Assembly: GCA_945868845.1 (NCBI GenBank)
Contig: CAMBMS010000014.1
Span: forward strand, 2,592-66,591
Length of the DNA stretch: 64,000 nt
Direction of reading: 5' to 3'
Source of the DNA: Asaia bogorensis
GTDB taxonomy: Bacteria; Pseudomonadota; Alphaproteobacteria; Acetobacterales; Acetobacteraceae
Under the pieces are notes generated by a model. That model was given only the letters and a program-made list of their open reading frames with translations, was not told the origin of the DNA and did no database searches. The translations under genes and the position numbers were made by a program. Positions 40,847 to 50,795 of the stretch are shown here, piece after piece. Numbering within the stretch: position 1 is the first letter of the stretch; every line of letters starts with the position of its first letter.

Positions 40847-42454
40847 GTGACTGATTATGACTACATCATCGTTGGTGCCGGCTCAGCCGGTTGTGTGCTT
40901 GCTAACCGGTTGAGCGAGGATACCGGCAGCAAGGTGCTGCTTCTGGAAGCTGGGCCGGCGGACAAATCTATGTGGATCAACATCCCCGTAGGATTCTCCA
41001 AGTTAATGAATAATCCGAATTATAATTGGATGTTTGAGACCGAGCCCGAAGACAATGTGAAGGGACGAAAAATCCCTATTCCACGTGGCAAGACGCTGGG
41101 TGGTTCGTCGTCGATCAACGGCATGCTCTATGTGCGCGGCCAGCCGCTGGATTATGACGGATGGTCGCAGCTCGGTAATCGTGGTTGGGCGTACGATTCC
41201 ATCCTGCCCTACTTCAAGAAATCCGAGCATTTCGAACCTGGTGGAAACGATCCCGCGCGAGGCTCCGGCGGGTTGTTGAATGTCGCTGATATGCGAGAGC
41301 GTCATGAAATGATCGAAGCCTTCATCGATGCCGGCGTCGCCATGGGATACAAGCGCAACAAAGACTATAATAACGGCGATCAGGAAGGCTTCGGCTATTT
41401 CCAGGTGACGCAGAAGAATGGCGAACGCTGGTCTACCGCACGCGCTTTCCTAAACCCGGCGAAAGCACGCGGCAACCTCCGGATTGAGACCGAGGCCATG
41501 GCCACCCGCGTGTTACTCGATGGGACGCGCTGTACTGGGGTCGAGTATATGCAGGGCGGGGAGAAGAAAATAGCGACGGTTGCGCGCGAGGTGATCCTCG
41601 CGGCCGGGGCGGTGAAGTCGCCACATCTGCTTGAGCTTTCTGGCATCGGCCAGCCAGCATTACTACAATCTTGGGGGGTTAACGTTACGCATGCGCTGTC
41701 AGGGGTGGGTGAAAATTACCGCGATCACTACGCCCCGCGCATGAACTGGCGTACCAACCAACCGATTACGCTGAATGAGCAAACCCGCGGTCTGACTTTC
41801 GTCAAGGAAATCGCGAAATACTACCTGCAGCGCCGTGGTATCCTGACGTGGACCGCCGGCATCGCCTATGGCTTCATCAAGACGCGCCCGGAGCTTGAAA
41901 CACCGGACGTGCAGCTTAGCTATGCTCATGCAAGCTACGCCAATGCGGCCGACCGCGTGCTGGACAAGGCGCCGGGCATGACCATGACGCTCTATCAGTG
42001 CCGGCCTGAATCAAAGGGCTCCATCCATCTGAAATCGCCTAACCCACTGGCCGCCCCGGCGATCCGGCCCAACTTCCTCGCTGATGCCATCGATCGCGAT
42101 TGCCTGGTGGCCGGCATGAAAATCGTTCGTCAGCTGGTCCATACTGCGCCGCTGTTTAATTATCTCGCCCATGAAATGACCCCTGGCGATGCGGTGCAGA
42201 CTGACGAGCAGTGGCTGAATTTTGCGCGTGCGAACGGGCAGACCACTTATCACGTCATCGGAACCTGCAAGATGGGGCAGGACAATATGGCCGTCGTGGA
42301 TGACCAACTACGCGTGCATGGCATTTCCGGCCTGCGCGTGGCCGATGCCTCCATCATGCCCACCATGGTCTCTGGCAACACCAACGCCGCCGTTATCATG
42401 ATCGCGGAGAAAGCTGCCGACATGATCCGTGCCGCCACGCGCGTGGCAGCTTGA
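40847..42454 (+). CDS. GMC family oxidoreductase (choline dehydrogenase-like)
   Basis: [27 protein letters not shown]. Confidence 0.94.
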   Translation: MTDYDYIIVGAGSAGCVLANRLSEDTGSKVLLLEAGPADKSMWINIPVGFSKLMNNPNYNWMFETEPEDNVKGRKIPIPRGKTLGGSSSINGMLYVRGQPLDYDGWSQLGNRGWAYDSILPYFKKSEHFEPGGNDPARGSGGLLNVADMRERHEMIEAFIDAGVAMGYKRNKDYNNGDQEGFGYFQVTQKNGERWSTARAFLNPAKARGNLRIETEAMATRVLLDGTRCTGVEYMQGGEKKIATVAREVILAAGAVKSPHLLELSGIGQPALLQSWGVNVTHALSGVGENYRDHYAPRMNWRTNQPITLNEQTRGLTFVKEIAKYYLQRRGILTWTAGIAYGFIKTRPELETPDVQLSYAHASYANAADRVLDKAPGMTMTLYQCRPESKGSIHLKSPNPLAAPAIRPNFLADAIDRDCLVAGMKIVRQLVHTAPLFNYLAHEMTPGDAVQTDEQWLNFARANGQTTYHVIGTCKMGQDNMAVVDDQLRVHGISGLRVADASIMPTMVSGNTNAAVIMIAEKAADMIRAATRVAA

Positions 42455-42517
42455 GCTTCGAAGAAGATCGAGGGGAGCACCGCTCCCTGGTGGGGGTTGG
42501 GAGAAAAGCCCGCAATT
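42451..42517. repeat. Partial second copy of the core of the 39506 element
   Basis: TTGAGCTTCGAAGAAGATCGAGGGGAGCACCGCTCCCTGG... aligns with 39554-39621. Confidence 0.75.
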
Positions 42518-43180
42518 TTACTTTCCGCAGGCGGCGCGCATTTGGTCGACTGCTGAATTGGGTGATGTCAGTACTGGTATTTTCACGGCTTCGCATGTGC
42601 GTGCGTAGGCGCGCGATGTGGAGAAATGTGCCAGCATGATGGCATCGCAATTGGTTAGTTCTAAGGCGCGCGCGGCGATTAGTGTGTTGTGGGTTTCCGC
42701 GTCGCCTTTGCGCAGTGCGTCCATCGCACCCTCGACGACGATGGTCCGCAATGTCGCCTTGGATCCAGAGGTTTGCACGAATTCTTCGAATTCGTTTGTC
42801 ATGGTGAGTACGGACGGCGCGAAGGTGGCGAGCATGCCTATGCGCGTGCCCTGAACTAGCGCGGCCTGGAACATGGCGTCATTGGGTTTTTGGACGGGAA
42901 TCGGAAGTTCCTGCGTCATCCGTTCGATGGCTGGGCCGAAGGCCGAACAAGTGACCAGGATACCAGTAGCACCAATGCGATGCGCGTAGAGACCGAGTTC
43001 CTTGAAACGCTCGAACATGCGGGGCGTCAGATCGTGATCCTTCGCGCGATCAACCGATAACGAGGCGTCGAGCAGGTCGACGATTTCGGCTTCCGGCCAT
43101 CGGGCGGCGAAGGCTTGCTGAATCGGCTCCATCGCGACCGGCGTGCCATGGAGGAGGACGATGCGGGGTTTCGCGGTCAT
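42518..43180 (-). CDS. Asp/Glu/hydantoin racemase-fold protein
   Basis: [29 protein letters not shown]. Confidence 0.8.
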   Translation of the reverse strand: MTAKPRIVLLHGTPVAMEPIQQAFAARWPEAEIVDLLDASLSVDRAKDHDLTPRMFERFKELGLYAHRIGATGILVTCSAFGPAIERMTQELPIPVQKPNDAMFQAALVQGTRIGMLATFAPSVLTMTNEFEEFVQTSGSKATLRTIVVEGAMDALRKGDAETHNTLIAARALELTNCDAIMLAHFSTSRAYARTCEAVKIPVLTSPNSAVDQMRAACGK

Positions 43181-43198
43181 GGTGGCTCCCATTTTAAC

Positions 43199-43918
43199 TT
43201 AAGCCGGCGCGAGGCATGAGGTGAGGCCGCCATTGGTGTAGGCTTTGGTCGCTTCCGCCGAGGTGAGGAGGCGAAGGAACGCCCGAGCGCCGTCTGTGTT
43301 GGGGGCATCGTTAAAGATGGCCGCGTCGAAGCGCGAGGCGACCTGGATGCTGGCGGGAAAGGGGCCGGCGACGTCGATGCCGGGCACGGTCATCAATTCA
43401 CTGATCTGCTGCACGGCGAGTTCGGCCTCGCCGCTGGCGACTTTTTCGGCGGTGAAGCCCATCGGGATGATGACGGCTTTGGCGTTTACCGCGGCAGCGA
43501 TTCCGAGTTTTTCGATGAGGTTGGCGAAATAGATGCCGCTGGCGCCGGCCTTGGAGTAGGCGACGGCGCTCGCCGTCAACATGGCGCGCTTGAATGCTTC
43601 CACTGTCGACACATCTGGCCGCGGCGCGCCCTGGCGTACGCCGACACCGAGCACCGATTCCGCTAGGGGGACCCGCGTTTCCGGTCGTACGATGCTCGCC
43701 GCGACGAGGTGGTCCATGGAGGCATTGATCGCGATGACCAGATCGGCGCGCTGGCCCGCCTCGATCGATGTCATGATGGCTGCGGTCGGGCGCCAGTCGA
43801 TGTCCAGGCGGAAGGTGGAATTGGCCTCGAAGCTGGGTTTCAGCCAGCGATTGATCGCCACTTCCAGGGCAAGGCCGCTCATTACCTTTACGACGGTAGC
43901 GTTGTTTTGACGGGGCAT
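43199..43918 (-). CDS. ModA-like substrate-binding-fold protein, no signal peptide evident
   Basis: PDVSTVEAFK, GASGIYF, VASGEAELAVQQISEL, GPFP. Confidence 0.8.
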   Translation of the reverse strand: MPRQNNATVVKVMSGLALEVAINRWLKPSFEANSTFRLDIDWRPTAAIMTSIEAGQRADLVIAINASMDHLVAASIVRPETRVPLAESVLGVGVRQGAPRPDVSTVEAFKRAMLTASAVAYSKAGASGIYFANLIEKLGIAAAVNAKAVIIPMGFTAEKVASGEAELAVQQISELMTVPGIDVAGPFPASIQVASRFDAAIFNDAPNTDGARAFLRLLTSAEATKAYTNGGLTSCLAPA

Positions 43919-44060
43919 GGCGGTGTGTCTCGCTCTGTCGCTAATTTGGGTCGAGCCTGATTCTTGGGTAGGTGGCGTGATGATGCCGCATCCTGACAAT
44001 AAGTGCGATGATGGAGTAGTGGGGGTAGTGTTGGAGGGACACAGGGGGTAAGGGTCGGCG

Positions 44061-45023
44061 ATGCAAATTGGATTTATCGGCCTTGGCATCATGGGCGGGG
44101 CGATGGCGGCCAATCTGCTAAAAGCGGGGTGGGATGTCAGCGTGTATGACAGGCGCCGGGCTGCCGCCGAGCGGCATCTGGCCGCGGGAGCGCGCTGGGT
44201 GGATTCGCCGGCAGCGATGGCGGAATGCTGCGATACGATTTTCAGCTGCCTGCCGGATCTGGGGGCGATTGAGGTAGTGGCGCTTGGCGCCGATGGCATT
44301 TTGGCGCGCGCGCGGCCGGGGACGGCGCTGTTCGAGATGTCAACCAATTCGCCGGCCTTGGTCCGCCGGCTGCACGCGGCTTTCGCGGCCAAGGGCGCGC
44401 ATATGCTGGATGCGCCGATCAGCGGTGGCGCGGCGGGGGCGGTCTCCGGCCGGTTGGCGATGTGGGTAGGAGGTGACAAGAACAGCTTCGATCGTTACCA
44501 GCCGGCTTTGGCGGCGATGGCGGATCATGTCACCTATGTCGGTGCGTCCGGTGCCGGGCTCGTCACCAAGATCGTGCATAATTGTGCCAGCCAAACGATG
44601 CAGGCGGCGCTGACCGAAGTGTTCGTTCTGGGGGTGAAGGCCGGAGCCGAGCCGGTGGCGCTGTGGGAAGCGATCCGCCAGGGCTCGATTGGCCGGCGGC
44701 GCAGTTTCGACGGTTTGGTCGACGAGTTCCTGCCCGGCACCTATGATTCGCCCAGCGCGGCGCTGCGCATCGTGCACAAGGACATGATGGTGGCGACGGA
44801 GCTGGGGCGTGAATTGAACGTGCCGTTGCGCTTCGCCAATCTAGCGCTGGCCGATATCATGGAGGCGATGCAGCGCGGCTGGGCAGAGCGCGACGCGCGG
44901 TCTGTCATGTTACTGCCCCAGGAACGCGCCGGTGTGCGCATCGCCGAGGACAAAACGCGGATCGATGCCGTGCTGGCGCGCGACCCACCGGCGCCCACCG
45001 ACACAAGACGGGGCAAACCATGA
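44061..45023 (+). CDS. 3-hydroxyisobutyrate/beta-hydroxyacid dehydrogenase family
   Basis: GFIGLGIMG, DAPISGG, KIVHN. Confidence 0.92.
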   Translation: MQIGFIGLGIMGGAMAANLLKAGWDVSVYDRRRAAAERHLAAGARWVDSPAAMAECCDTIFSCLPDLGAIEVVALGADGILARARPGTALFEMSTNSPALVRRLHAAFAAKGAHMLDAPISGGAAGAVSGRLAMWVGGDKNSFDRYQPALAAMADHVTYVGASGAGLVTKIVHNCASQTMQAALTEVFVLGVKAGAEPVALWEAIRQGSIGRRRSFDGLVDEFLPGTYDSPSAALRIVHKDMMVATELGRELNVPLRFANLALADIMEAMQRGWAERDARSVMLLPQERAGVRIAEDKTRIDAVLARDPPAPTDTRRGKP

Positions 45024-45223
45024 GCGACCGGGCAGGCACGCAGCACACCCGCACAAGGGGTGATCGCGTCGCTGGTAAGATGGCGTTGGTTTCCGGCGGC
45101 GCCGAGGCCGTCGATCTGGCCAACGACGAGGCGCGCTGTGTGACCGGCACCCCGCTGCCGATCGATGCCGGGGTGCGTGCTATCTCGCCGCATTTTGCCA
45201 CCAGCGCGCAGCGGCTGGATTGA
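45020..45223 (+). pseudogene. Internally deleted SDR remnant
   Basis: SDR N-terminus RVAGKMALVSGGA joined directly to SDR C-terminus LANDEARCVTGTPLPIDAG. Confidence 0.85.
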
Positions 45224-46404
45224 CGGGGAGCATGGAGATACCGTTGTTTCAATACATCGCCCCGCCGCTGCGTCTGTTCAGTGGGCCGGATAGCCTCGGC
45301 TTACTCGGGCGTGAGCTGGACCGGCTAGGCTGCCGGCGGGCGGTGATTTTCTGCGGATCGAGCCTAGCGCGCGATGGCGCGCTCGATCCGGTCCGCGCGG
45401 CGCTGGGCGAACGCTGCGCCGGACTGTTCGCCGGGGTGCGTGCGCATAGTCCGGTGCCGGATGTCCAGGCTGGGGCAGCGGAATTACGGCAGCGGGGCGC
45501 GGACGCGGTGATTGCGGTGGGCGGCGGCTCCGCCATCGTCAGCGCGCGCGCGGCCAGTATCCTGCTGGCGGAAGCCGGAGAGGTGCGCGCGCTGGCCACG
45601 TCACGCGATGGACACGGTGCGTTGAGAAGTCCCCGGCTGCTGGCGCCAAAATTGCCGCAGCTAGTGATCCCCACCACCCCCACAACGGCAATGGTGAAGG
45701 CCGGCAGCGCCATCTTCGATCCGGCGACGCATGAACGCCTCGCTCTGTTCGATCCTAAGACGCGGGCGCAGGCGATCTTCATCCACCCCGCCCTGGCCGC
45801 GACCGCGCCGCGCGCGCTGGTGGTTAGTGCCAGCCTCGATACGCTGTCCGGCGCGTTGGAAGGGCTGGCGTCGCGCGGCGGCAACCCGCTCACCGATTCG
45901 ATGCTGATGCATGCGCTGCGGCTGCTGGCGCGGCATCTTCCCGCACAGGCTCAAGGCGACGATCCCTGCGCGCGCGGGGAATTGATGCTAGCTGCTATTC
46001 TGTGCGGCCAGGGCACGGAGCATTCCGGCGGTGGCATCGCCACCGTACTGGGCCACGCGATTGGCGCGCGGCATGCGGTGGAAAACGGCATCACCAAGGC
46101 GATCGTGCTGCCGCACGTCCTCCGCTTCAATGCCGAGGCCGCGGCGTCGGGGTTGGCAAAAATCGGCGCGGCGCTCGGCCTGCCGGGAACGGCGCCGGAG
46201 CCACTGGTGGCGCGGGTCATAGCCACCCTGGAGGCCATTTTCCGCGCGCTCAGTCTGCCACGGCGTCTGCGCGATGTTGGCGTCGACATAGCAATCCTGC
46301 CAGATATCGCGGAGAAGGCTATGGGTGACTGGTTTCTGCGCGGCAATCCCCGCCCGGTGCGGGAGGCGGTGGATTTGGAGCAGATTCTGAAGGCGGCGTG
46401 GTGA
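45220..46404 (+). CDS. Iron-containing alcohol dehydrogenase family (maleylacetate reductase-like)
   Basis: AVGGGSA, IPTT, LGHAIG, LPHVLRFN; start TTG 45220 or ATG 45232. Confidence 0.88.
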   Translation: MTGSMEIPLFQYIAPPLRLFSGPDSLGLLGRELDRLGCRRAVIFCGSSLARDGALDPVRAALGERCAGLFAGVRAHSPVPDVQAGAAELRQRGADAVIAVGGGSAIVSARAASILLAEAGEVRALATSRDGHGALRSPRLLAPKLPQLVIPTTPTTAMVKAGSAIFDPATHERLALFDPKTRAQAIFIHPALAATAPRALVVSASLDTLSGALEGLASRGGNPLTDSMLMHALRLLARHLPAQAQGDDPCARGELMLAAILCGQGTEHSGGGIATVLGHAIGARHAVENGITKAIVLPHVLRFNAEAAASGLAKIGAALGLPGTAPEPLVARVIATLEAIFRALSLPRRLRDVGVDIAILPDIAEKAMGDWFLRGNPRPVREAVDLEQILKAAW

Positions 46405-46770
46405 CCACGCGCGCCGCAGAACCACCGCACTGTCAATCGCGTCAGGCGTACCCTGGAGGAAATCGTCTACCGCCCCGGCATAAGTTTCGCTGAATTCGCT
46501 TGCGCGCTGGAAGTATGGCGGGGATTGTGGCGCGCCCCAACATCCGTCGTGCCTTGCTGAGCGCGGCGCAAAGGAAACGGCGCAGGTCGATCAATTCCTC
46601 GGCGAGTATGATGCGATTCGGCGCACGCGGATCGCAACTAACCTGCATCTGGCGGACACCCGCTTTGCATTCGGCACGATCGTGCGCGACAAGGTTGGCG
46701 AGGCGGTGGCATTGATTACCTTGGTTGGCCACGTGTAGGATTTGCAGCCTCGTACGGCGGAACTGAGCGT
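46405..46770 (+). pseudogene. IclR-family regulator remnant
   Basis: Three frames give NHRTVNRVRRTLEEIVYRPGISFAEFACAL (HTH), ARPNIRRALL, and FLGEYDAIRRTRIATN..VRDKVGEAVALITLVG (effector domain). Confidence 0.7.
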
Positions 46771-46858
46771 GATTTTACTGCGCCACGTCGACGCGCTGAC
46801 ACAGCGCGCGTCGATCTAATGCCATGTCTTGATGGGGCCCCTGCCCATCGGTCCGCTG

Positions 46859-47680
46859 TCAGTGTCCAGTAAAGTGTGGGCGGCGTTTTTCCATGAACGC
46901 CGTGCGGCCTTCGCGAAAATCGCCGCTATCGGCGCAGATTTGTGCCTGGTGGCGGATACGGTCCATATTCCGGTCGGCGGGGTCTTGTAGGCAAGCGGCG
47001 ATCGACATTTTCGACGCCGCGATGGACAGTGGTGCGTTGTCGGTGATGGTACGCGCGATTTCCAGCACGGTTTCGTCCAGCTTATCGGCCACAACGCATT
47101 CGTTGATCAGGCCGATTCGCTCGGCATAGCGAGCATCGAGCTTGCGCGCGGTATACAGGATCATCGCCGCGTGCGACGGGCCCACCAGATCGACGAGATT
47201 GCCCACTTGATCGAAGCCATAAGCGATGGACATGCGCGCGGCGGGAATGCCGAAGATGCCGTCCTCGGCGCTGATGCGCATATCGGCGCGCATGGCGATG
47301 GCGAGGCCGCCGCCCATGCAGAAGCCGCGGATGCGCGCGATGACCGGCTTTGGGAAATTGGCCAGCGCCTTGCGCCCGACGCCGGTCATTCGTTCGTACT
47401 CCTTGGTGGAGTCCGCCGAATTGCGTAGCTTCTCGAACTGCGAAATATCGGCGCCGGACACGAACGCCTTGTCGCCGGCGCCGGTCATGATGACGGAGCG
47501 AATAGCATCGTCCTGTTCCCATTCGCCGAGAATTTCCGCAAGGCCCTGCCACATCTCCACCGACATGGCGTTGCGTTTTTCCGGTTGATTGAAGGTCATG
47601 ATGCCGACGCCATCGGCCTTGGCGGCCAGCATCTTGCCGCCCGCGTAGGATTTCGCGGCGGTGGTGGAAAACATGTCCAT
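46859..47680 (-). CDS. Enoyl-CoA hydratase
   Basis: AFVSGADI, GFCMGGG, DFREGR. Confidence 0.92.
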   Translation of the reverse strand: MDMFSTTAAKSYAGGKMLAAKADGVGIMTFNQPEKRNAMSVEMWQGLAEILGEWEQDDAIRSVIMTGAGDKAFVSGADISQFEKLRNSADSTKEYERMTGVGRKALANFPKPVIARIRGFCMGGGLAIAMRADMRISAEDGIFGIPAARMSIAYGFDQVGNLVDLVGPSHAAMILYTARKLDARYAERIGLINECVVADKLDETVLEIARTITDNAPLSIAASKMSIAACLQDPADRNMDRIRHQAQICADSGDFREGRTAFMEKRRPHFTGH

Positions 47681-48891
47681 CAGACGACTCCCTTTTTACG
47701 CAGCTCGGCGATCTCCGCCTCGCTGTAACCGACGCTGGTCAATACCGCAGCGGTATGCTCGCCCGCCTCCGGTGTGTGCCGGCGAATATCCCTGGAGAAA
47801 CCTGTGATATTGAAGGGGGAGGCTACTACCTCCTCATCGCCGAGGGTTGGGTGCTTCATCACCCGCGCCATGCCTAGATGTTTGACTTGCGGATCGGCGA
47901 ACACCTGGTCGATGGAATAGATCGGCCCGCAAGGAATTCCCGCGCCCTCGAACAATTCGATCCAATGTGCCGCCGGTTGGGTCTTCGTCACCTCGCCAAT
48001 CGCCGCGTTGATCTCCTTACGGTTTTTCGAACGCCCCTTCTGGTCAGTCCAGCCTTCGCGGGTTTTCCATTCGGGTTTGTTGATATTGTCGCAAAACCGT
48101 TCGAAGAGTCGCGCCGAACTGGCGGCGATATTGATATGTCCGTCCGAAGTCGGGAACACGCCCGTCGGAATTCCCGTCGGATGGTCATTGCCCGCCTGGG
48201 GCGCGACTTCTTTGGCGATCAGCCAGCGCGACGCCTGGAAATCGAGCATGAAGATTTGTGCCTCCAGCAGGCTGGTCGTCACCCACCGTCCCACCCCGGT
48301 CACTTCACGGTCGTACAGCGCCATCATAGTGCCGAGCGCCAGCAGGTTGCCGGCGGTGAGGTCGGCGATGGGAATGCCGACGCGCACCGGCCCCTGGCCC
48401 GGCAGGCCGGTGATGGACATCAGCCCTCCCATGCCCTGTGCGATCTGGTCCACCCCCGCGCGCGGGCCATATGGCCCGTCCTGGCCGAAGCCGGAGATTG
48501 AGGCGTAGACGATGCGTGGGTTTACGGTCTTCACATCGTCGAAGGAAACCTTTAGCCGATGTTTCACGTTGGCGCGCATGTTTTCGACGATCACATCGGC
48601 CTTGGTGACAAGGCGCATGAAGGCCGCATGGCCCTCTGGGTCCTTCAGGTTCAGATTGATGGCGCGCTTGTTGCGGTGCAGGTTCTGGAAGTCGAACCCA
48701 TGCCGCGCCCCGGTCACTTCCTCCACCCCCGCCTGCGCCGGCGGCTCGATGCGGATGACATTCGCACCCCAGTCCGCCAGATGCCGCACGCAGGTGGGTC
48801 CCGCACGCGCCAGGGTTAGATCCAGCACCGTAATGCGCGAAAGCGGCAGCTTCGCGTCGGATTGTACACTTGCCATCGGGCTTTCGGGCAT
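47680..48891 (-). CDS. Family III CoA-transferase (CaiB/BaiF)
   Basis: AGP..LADWGANVIRIE, RNKR, SGFGQDGP, D..AG. Confidence 0.94.
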   Translation of the reverse strand: MPESPMASVQSDAKLPLSRITVLDLTLARAGPTCVRHLADWGANVIRIEPPAQAGVEEVTGARHGFDFQNLHRNKRAINLNLKDPEGHAAFMRLVTKADVIVENMRANVKHRLKVSFDDVKTVNPRIVYASISGFGQDGPYGPRAGVDQIAQGMGGLMSITGLPGQGPVRVGIPIADLTAGNLLALGTMMALYDREVTGVGRWVTTSLLEAQIFMLDFQASRWLIAKEVAPQAGNDHPTGIPTGVFPTSDGHINIAASSARLFERFCDNINKPEWKTREGWTDQKGRSKNRKEINAAIGEVTKTQPAAHWIELFEGAGIPCGPIYSIDQVFADPQVKHLGMARVMKHPTLGDEEVVASPFNITGFSRDIRRHTPEAGEHTAAVLTSVGYSEAEIAELRKKGVV

Positions 48892-48965
48892 CGGAGCTCC
48901 TCCCTCTTGGGATCCTATACTCGGCCGGTCCCGCATTCTTCTCAAGAGTGTGATTTCATAGAGCC

Positions 48966-49500
48966 ATGAAACCCCCTTGGGAACCCGTGGACTTGGCCCT
49001 CGTCATCGCCCTCGACGGCTCCGCCAGCACGCGCTGCGGCGAATTCAACCTCATCGCCAACGGCATGGGCGCGGTGCTCCGTGACCAAGCCGTCATCGCT
49101 GGCCTCATTCATGGCCCGCACCGCGCCGCCATGGTTTCTTTCCTCCTCTGGTCCAGCATCAACGACCAGGATGTCCTGGTGGACTGGATCCGAATCGTCA
49201 CTACCGCCGCCTCTCGCGTCGTTGCCGAGGAGGCGGAAAACGTTCCCCGCACCATCCGCGCCGGCGGCACGGCCTTGGGCGAGGCCCTCGCCCCTTGCCA
49301 CACACTCCTCGCCGGCGCCCCCGCTCCGGCTAGCCGCCGCGTCGTTGATATCGCCGGCGACGACCGCCCTAACGAAGGTCCCCCGGCCCCGAACGTGGCC
49401 GCACAGTCGCCACCGGCATCATCATCAACGGCCTGTGAATTCGGATTGCTCCGCCACCTGGTGGTGAAATGGATGATACCAGCCTACTTCCATTGTCGTG
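48966..49500 (+). pseudogene. DUF1194 (vWA-like) protein, frameshifted
   Basis: VDLALVIALDGSAS, GTALGEAL, RRVVDIAGD; the expected GIIINGL is in another frame and followed by TGA. Confidence 0.75.
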
Positions 49501-49595
49501 CCCCGTGCCAGGCGGCGCATGCTCTACGCAGCCTGGCCGCATTCGGCTATTCTAACCGCGCGACCATCACGGTACCGATGTAGGAAGGGCGGCCA

Positions 49596-50756
49596 ATGCA
49601 AGTCCACACAGGAGCGACACGGGTGGATCTGGTGCCGGCATTTCGCGATGCTCTCGCAGGCTGCATCGATCGGGGTGGCGAGGTGGGCCTGCAACTGGCG
49701 ATCTACCAGAACAGCGAGCTGGTGGTCGATATGTGGGCCGGCATAGCCGATGTTACGACCGGGCGCGCGGTGGCGGCGGATACGTTGTTTCCCACGTTCT
49801 CCGTTATCAAGGCGGTGACGGCGGTGGCGCTGCATGTGCAGGCGGAGCGCGGGCTGGTCGATTATGACACCCCGGTTGCGCACTACTGGCCCGAATTCGC
49901 GGTTCATGGCAAGGACAGTCTGACGGTGCGTCACGTGTTGCAGCACCGTTCTGGCATCTGGCAGATGCCGGAGGATGTGACGCCGGCGATCATGGCCGAT
50001 TACGACTACATGGTTGATGCCATCGCCCGGCTGACCCCGATCTTCGAACCCGGCACGCGCAATGGCTATCAGAGCTATACGTTCGGCTGGATCGTCGCAG
50101 AGATTGTGCGTCGCACCGATCCGGCGCGGCGGCCCTTTTTTACTTTCGTGCAGGAAGAAATTCTGCGCCCGCTTGGGATCCACGATCTGTGGATCGGCCT
50201 ACCCGCTAGCGAACATGGACGCGTCGCGCGGCTGGTTAACGCGCCGCCGCGCGATCTGCCGCCCGACGCCCCGTCGCTGCGCGCCATCCCACTGCCTGTA
50301 GGTACGCGCGAGGAGATTTTTGGCCGCGCTGATATTCGTGAGGCCTGCATCCCCGGTGCCGGCGGAATGACCACCGCGCCCTGCATGGCGCGCTTCTTCG
50401 CCATGCTGGCGGATGGCGGCGCATTGGATGGCGTGCGGCTGCTCTCGGCGGCCCGGGTGAAGAATTTCTCCATCGCCCGCCCTGACGCTGACCAGCCAGA
50501 TGACGTGCACGGCATTCCGCTGCGTATCGGCGCCGGGTTCTGGACCGGGGGCAACACGCAACCGGCTAACCTCGCCCGTCTGATCGGTAATAACACGCAT
50601 GCCATCGGTCATCCCGGCGCGGGCGGCTCGCTGGCCTGGGCGGACCCGGATGCGCGCCTGGCGGTGTCGATCTGCCATAACCGGATGTTCGTGCCGCCCA
50701 ATCCCGGCCTCGATCCGATCCGTGCGGTGATTACTGCAAGTTTTGGCATAGATTGA
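49596..50756 (+). CDS. Serine hydrolase (beta-lactamase fold esterase)
   Basis: FSVIK SxxK, YWPEF, PGTRNGY, GHPGAGG. Confidence 0.92.
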   Translation: MQVHTGATRVDLVPAFRDALAGCIDRGGEVGLQLAIYQNSELVVDMWAGIADVTTGRAVAADTLFPTFSVIKAVTAVALHVQAERGLVDYDTPVAHYWPEFAVHGKDSLTVRHVLQHRSGIWQMPEDVTPAIMADYDYMVDAIARLTPIFEPGTRNGYQSYTFGWIVAEIVRRTDPARRPFFTFVQEEILRPLGIHDLWIGLPASEHGRVARLVNAPPRDLPPDAPSLRAIPLPVGTREEIFGRADIREACIPGAGGMTTAPCMARFFAMLADGGALDGVRLLSAARVKNFSIARPDADQPDDVHGIPLRIGAGFWTGGNTQPANLARLIGNNTHAIGHPGAGGSLAWADPDARLAVSICHNRMFVPPNPGLDPIRAVITASFGID

Positions 50757-50795
50757 GGGCGAACGCCGCGTAAAAATTTACAAGGGGAAAATTGC

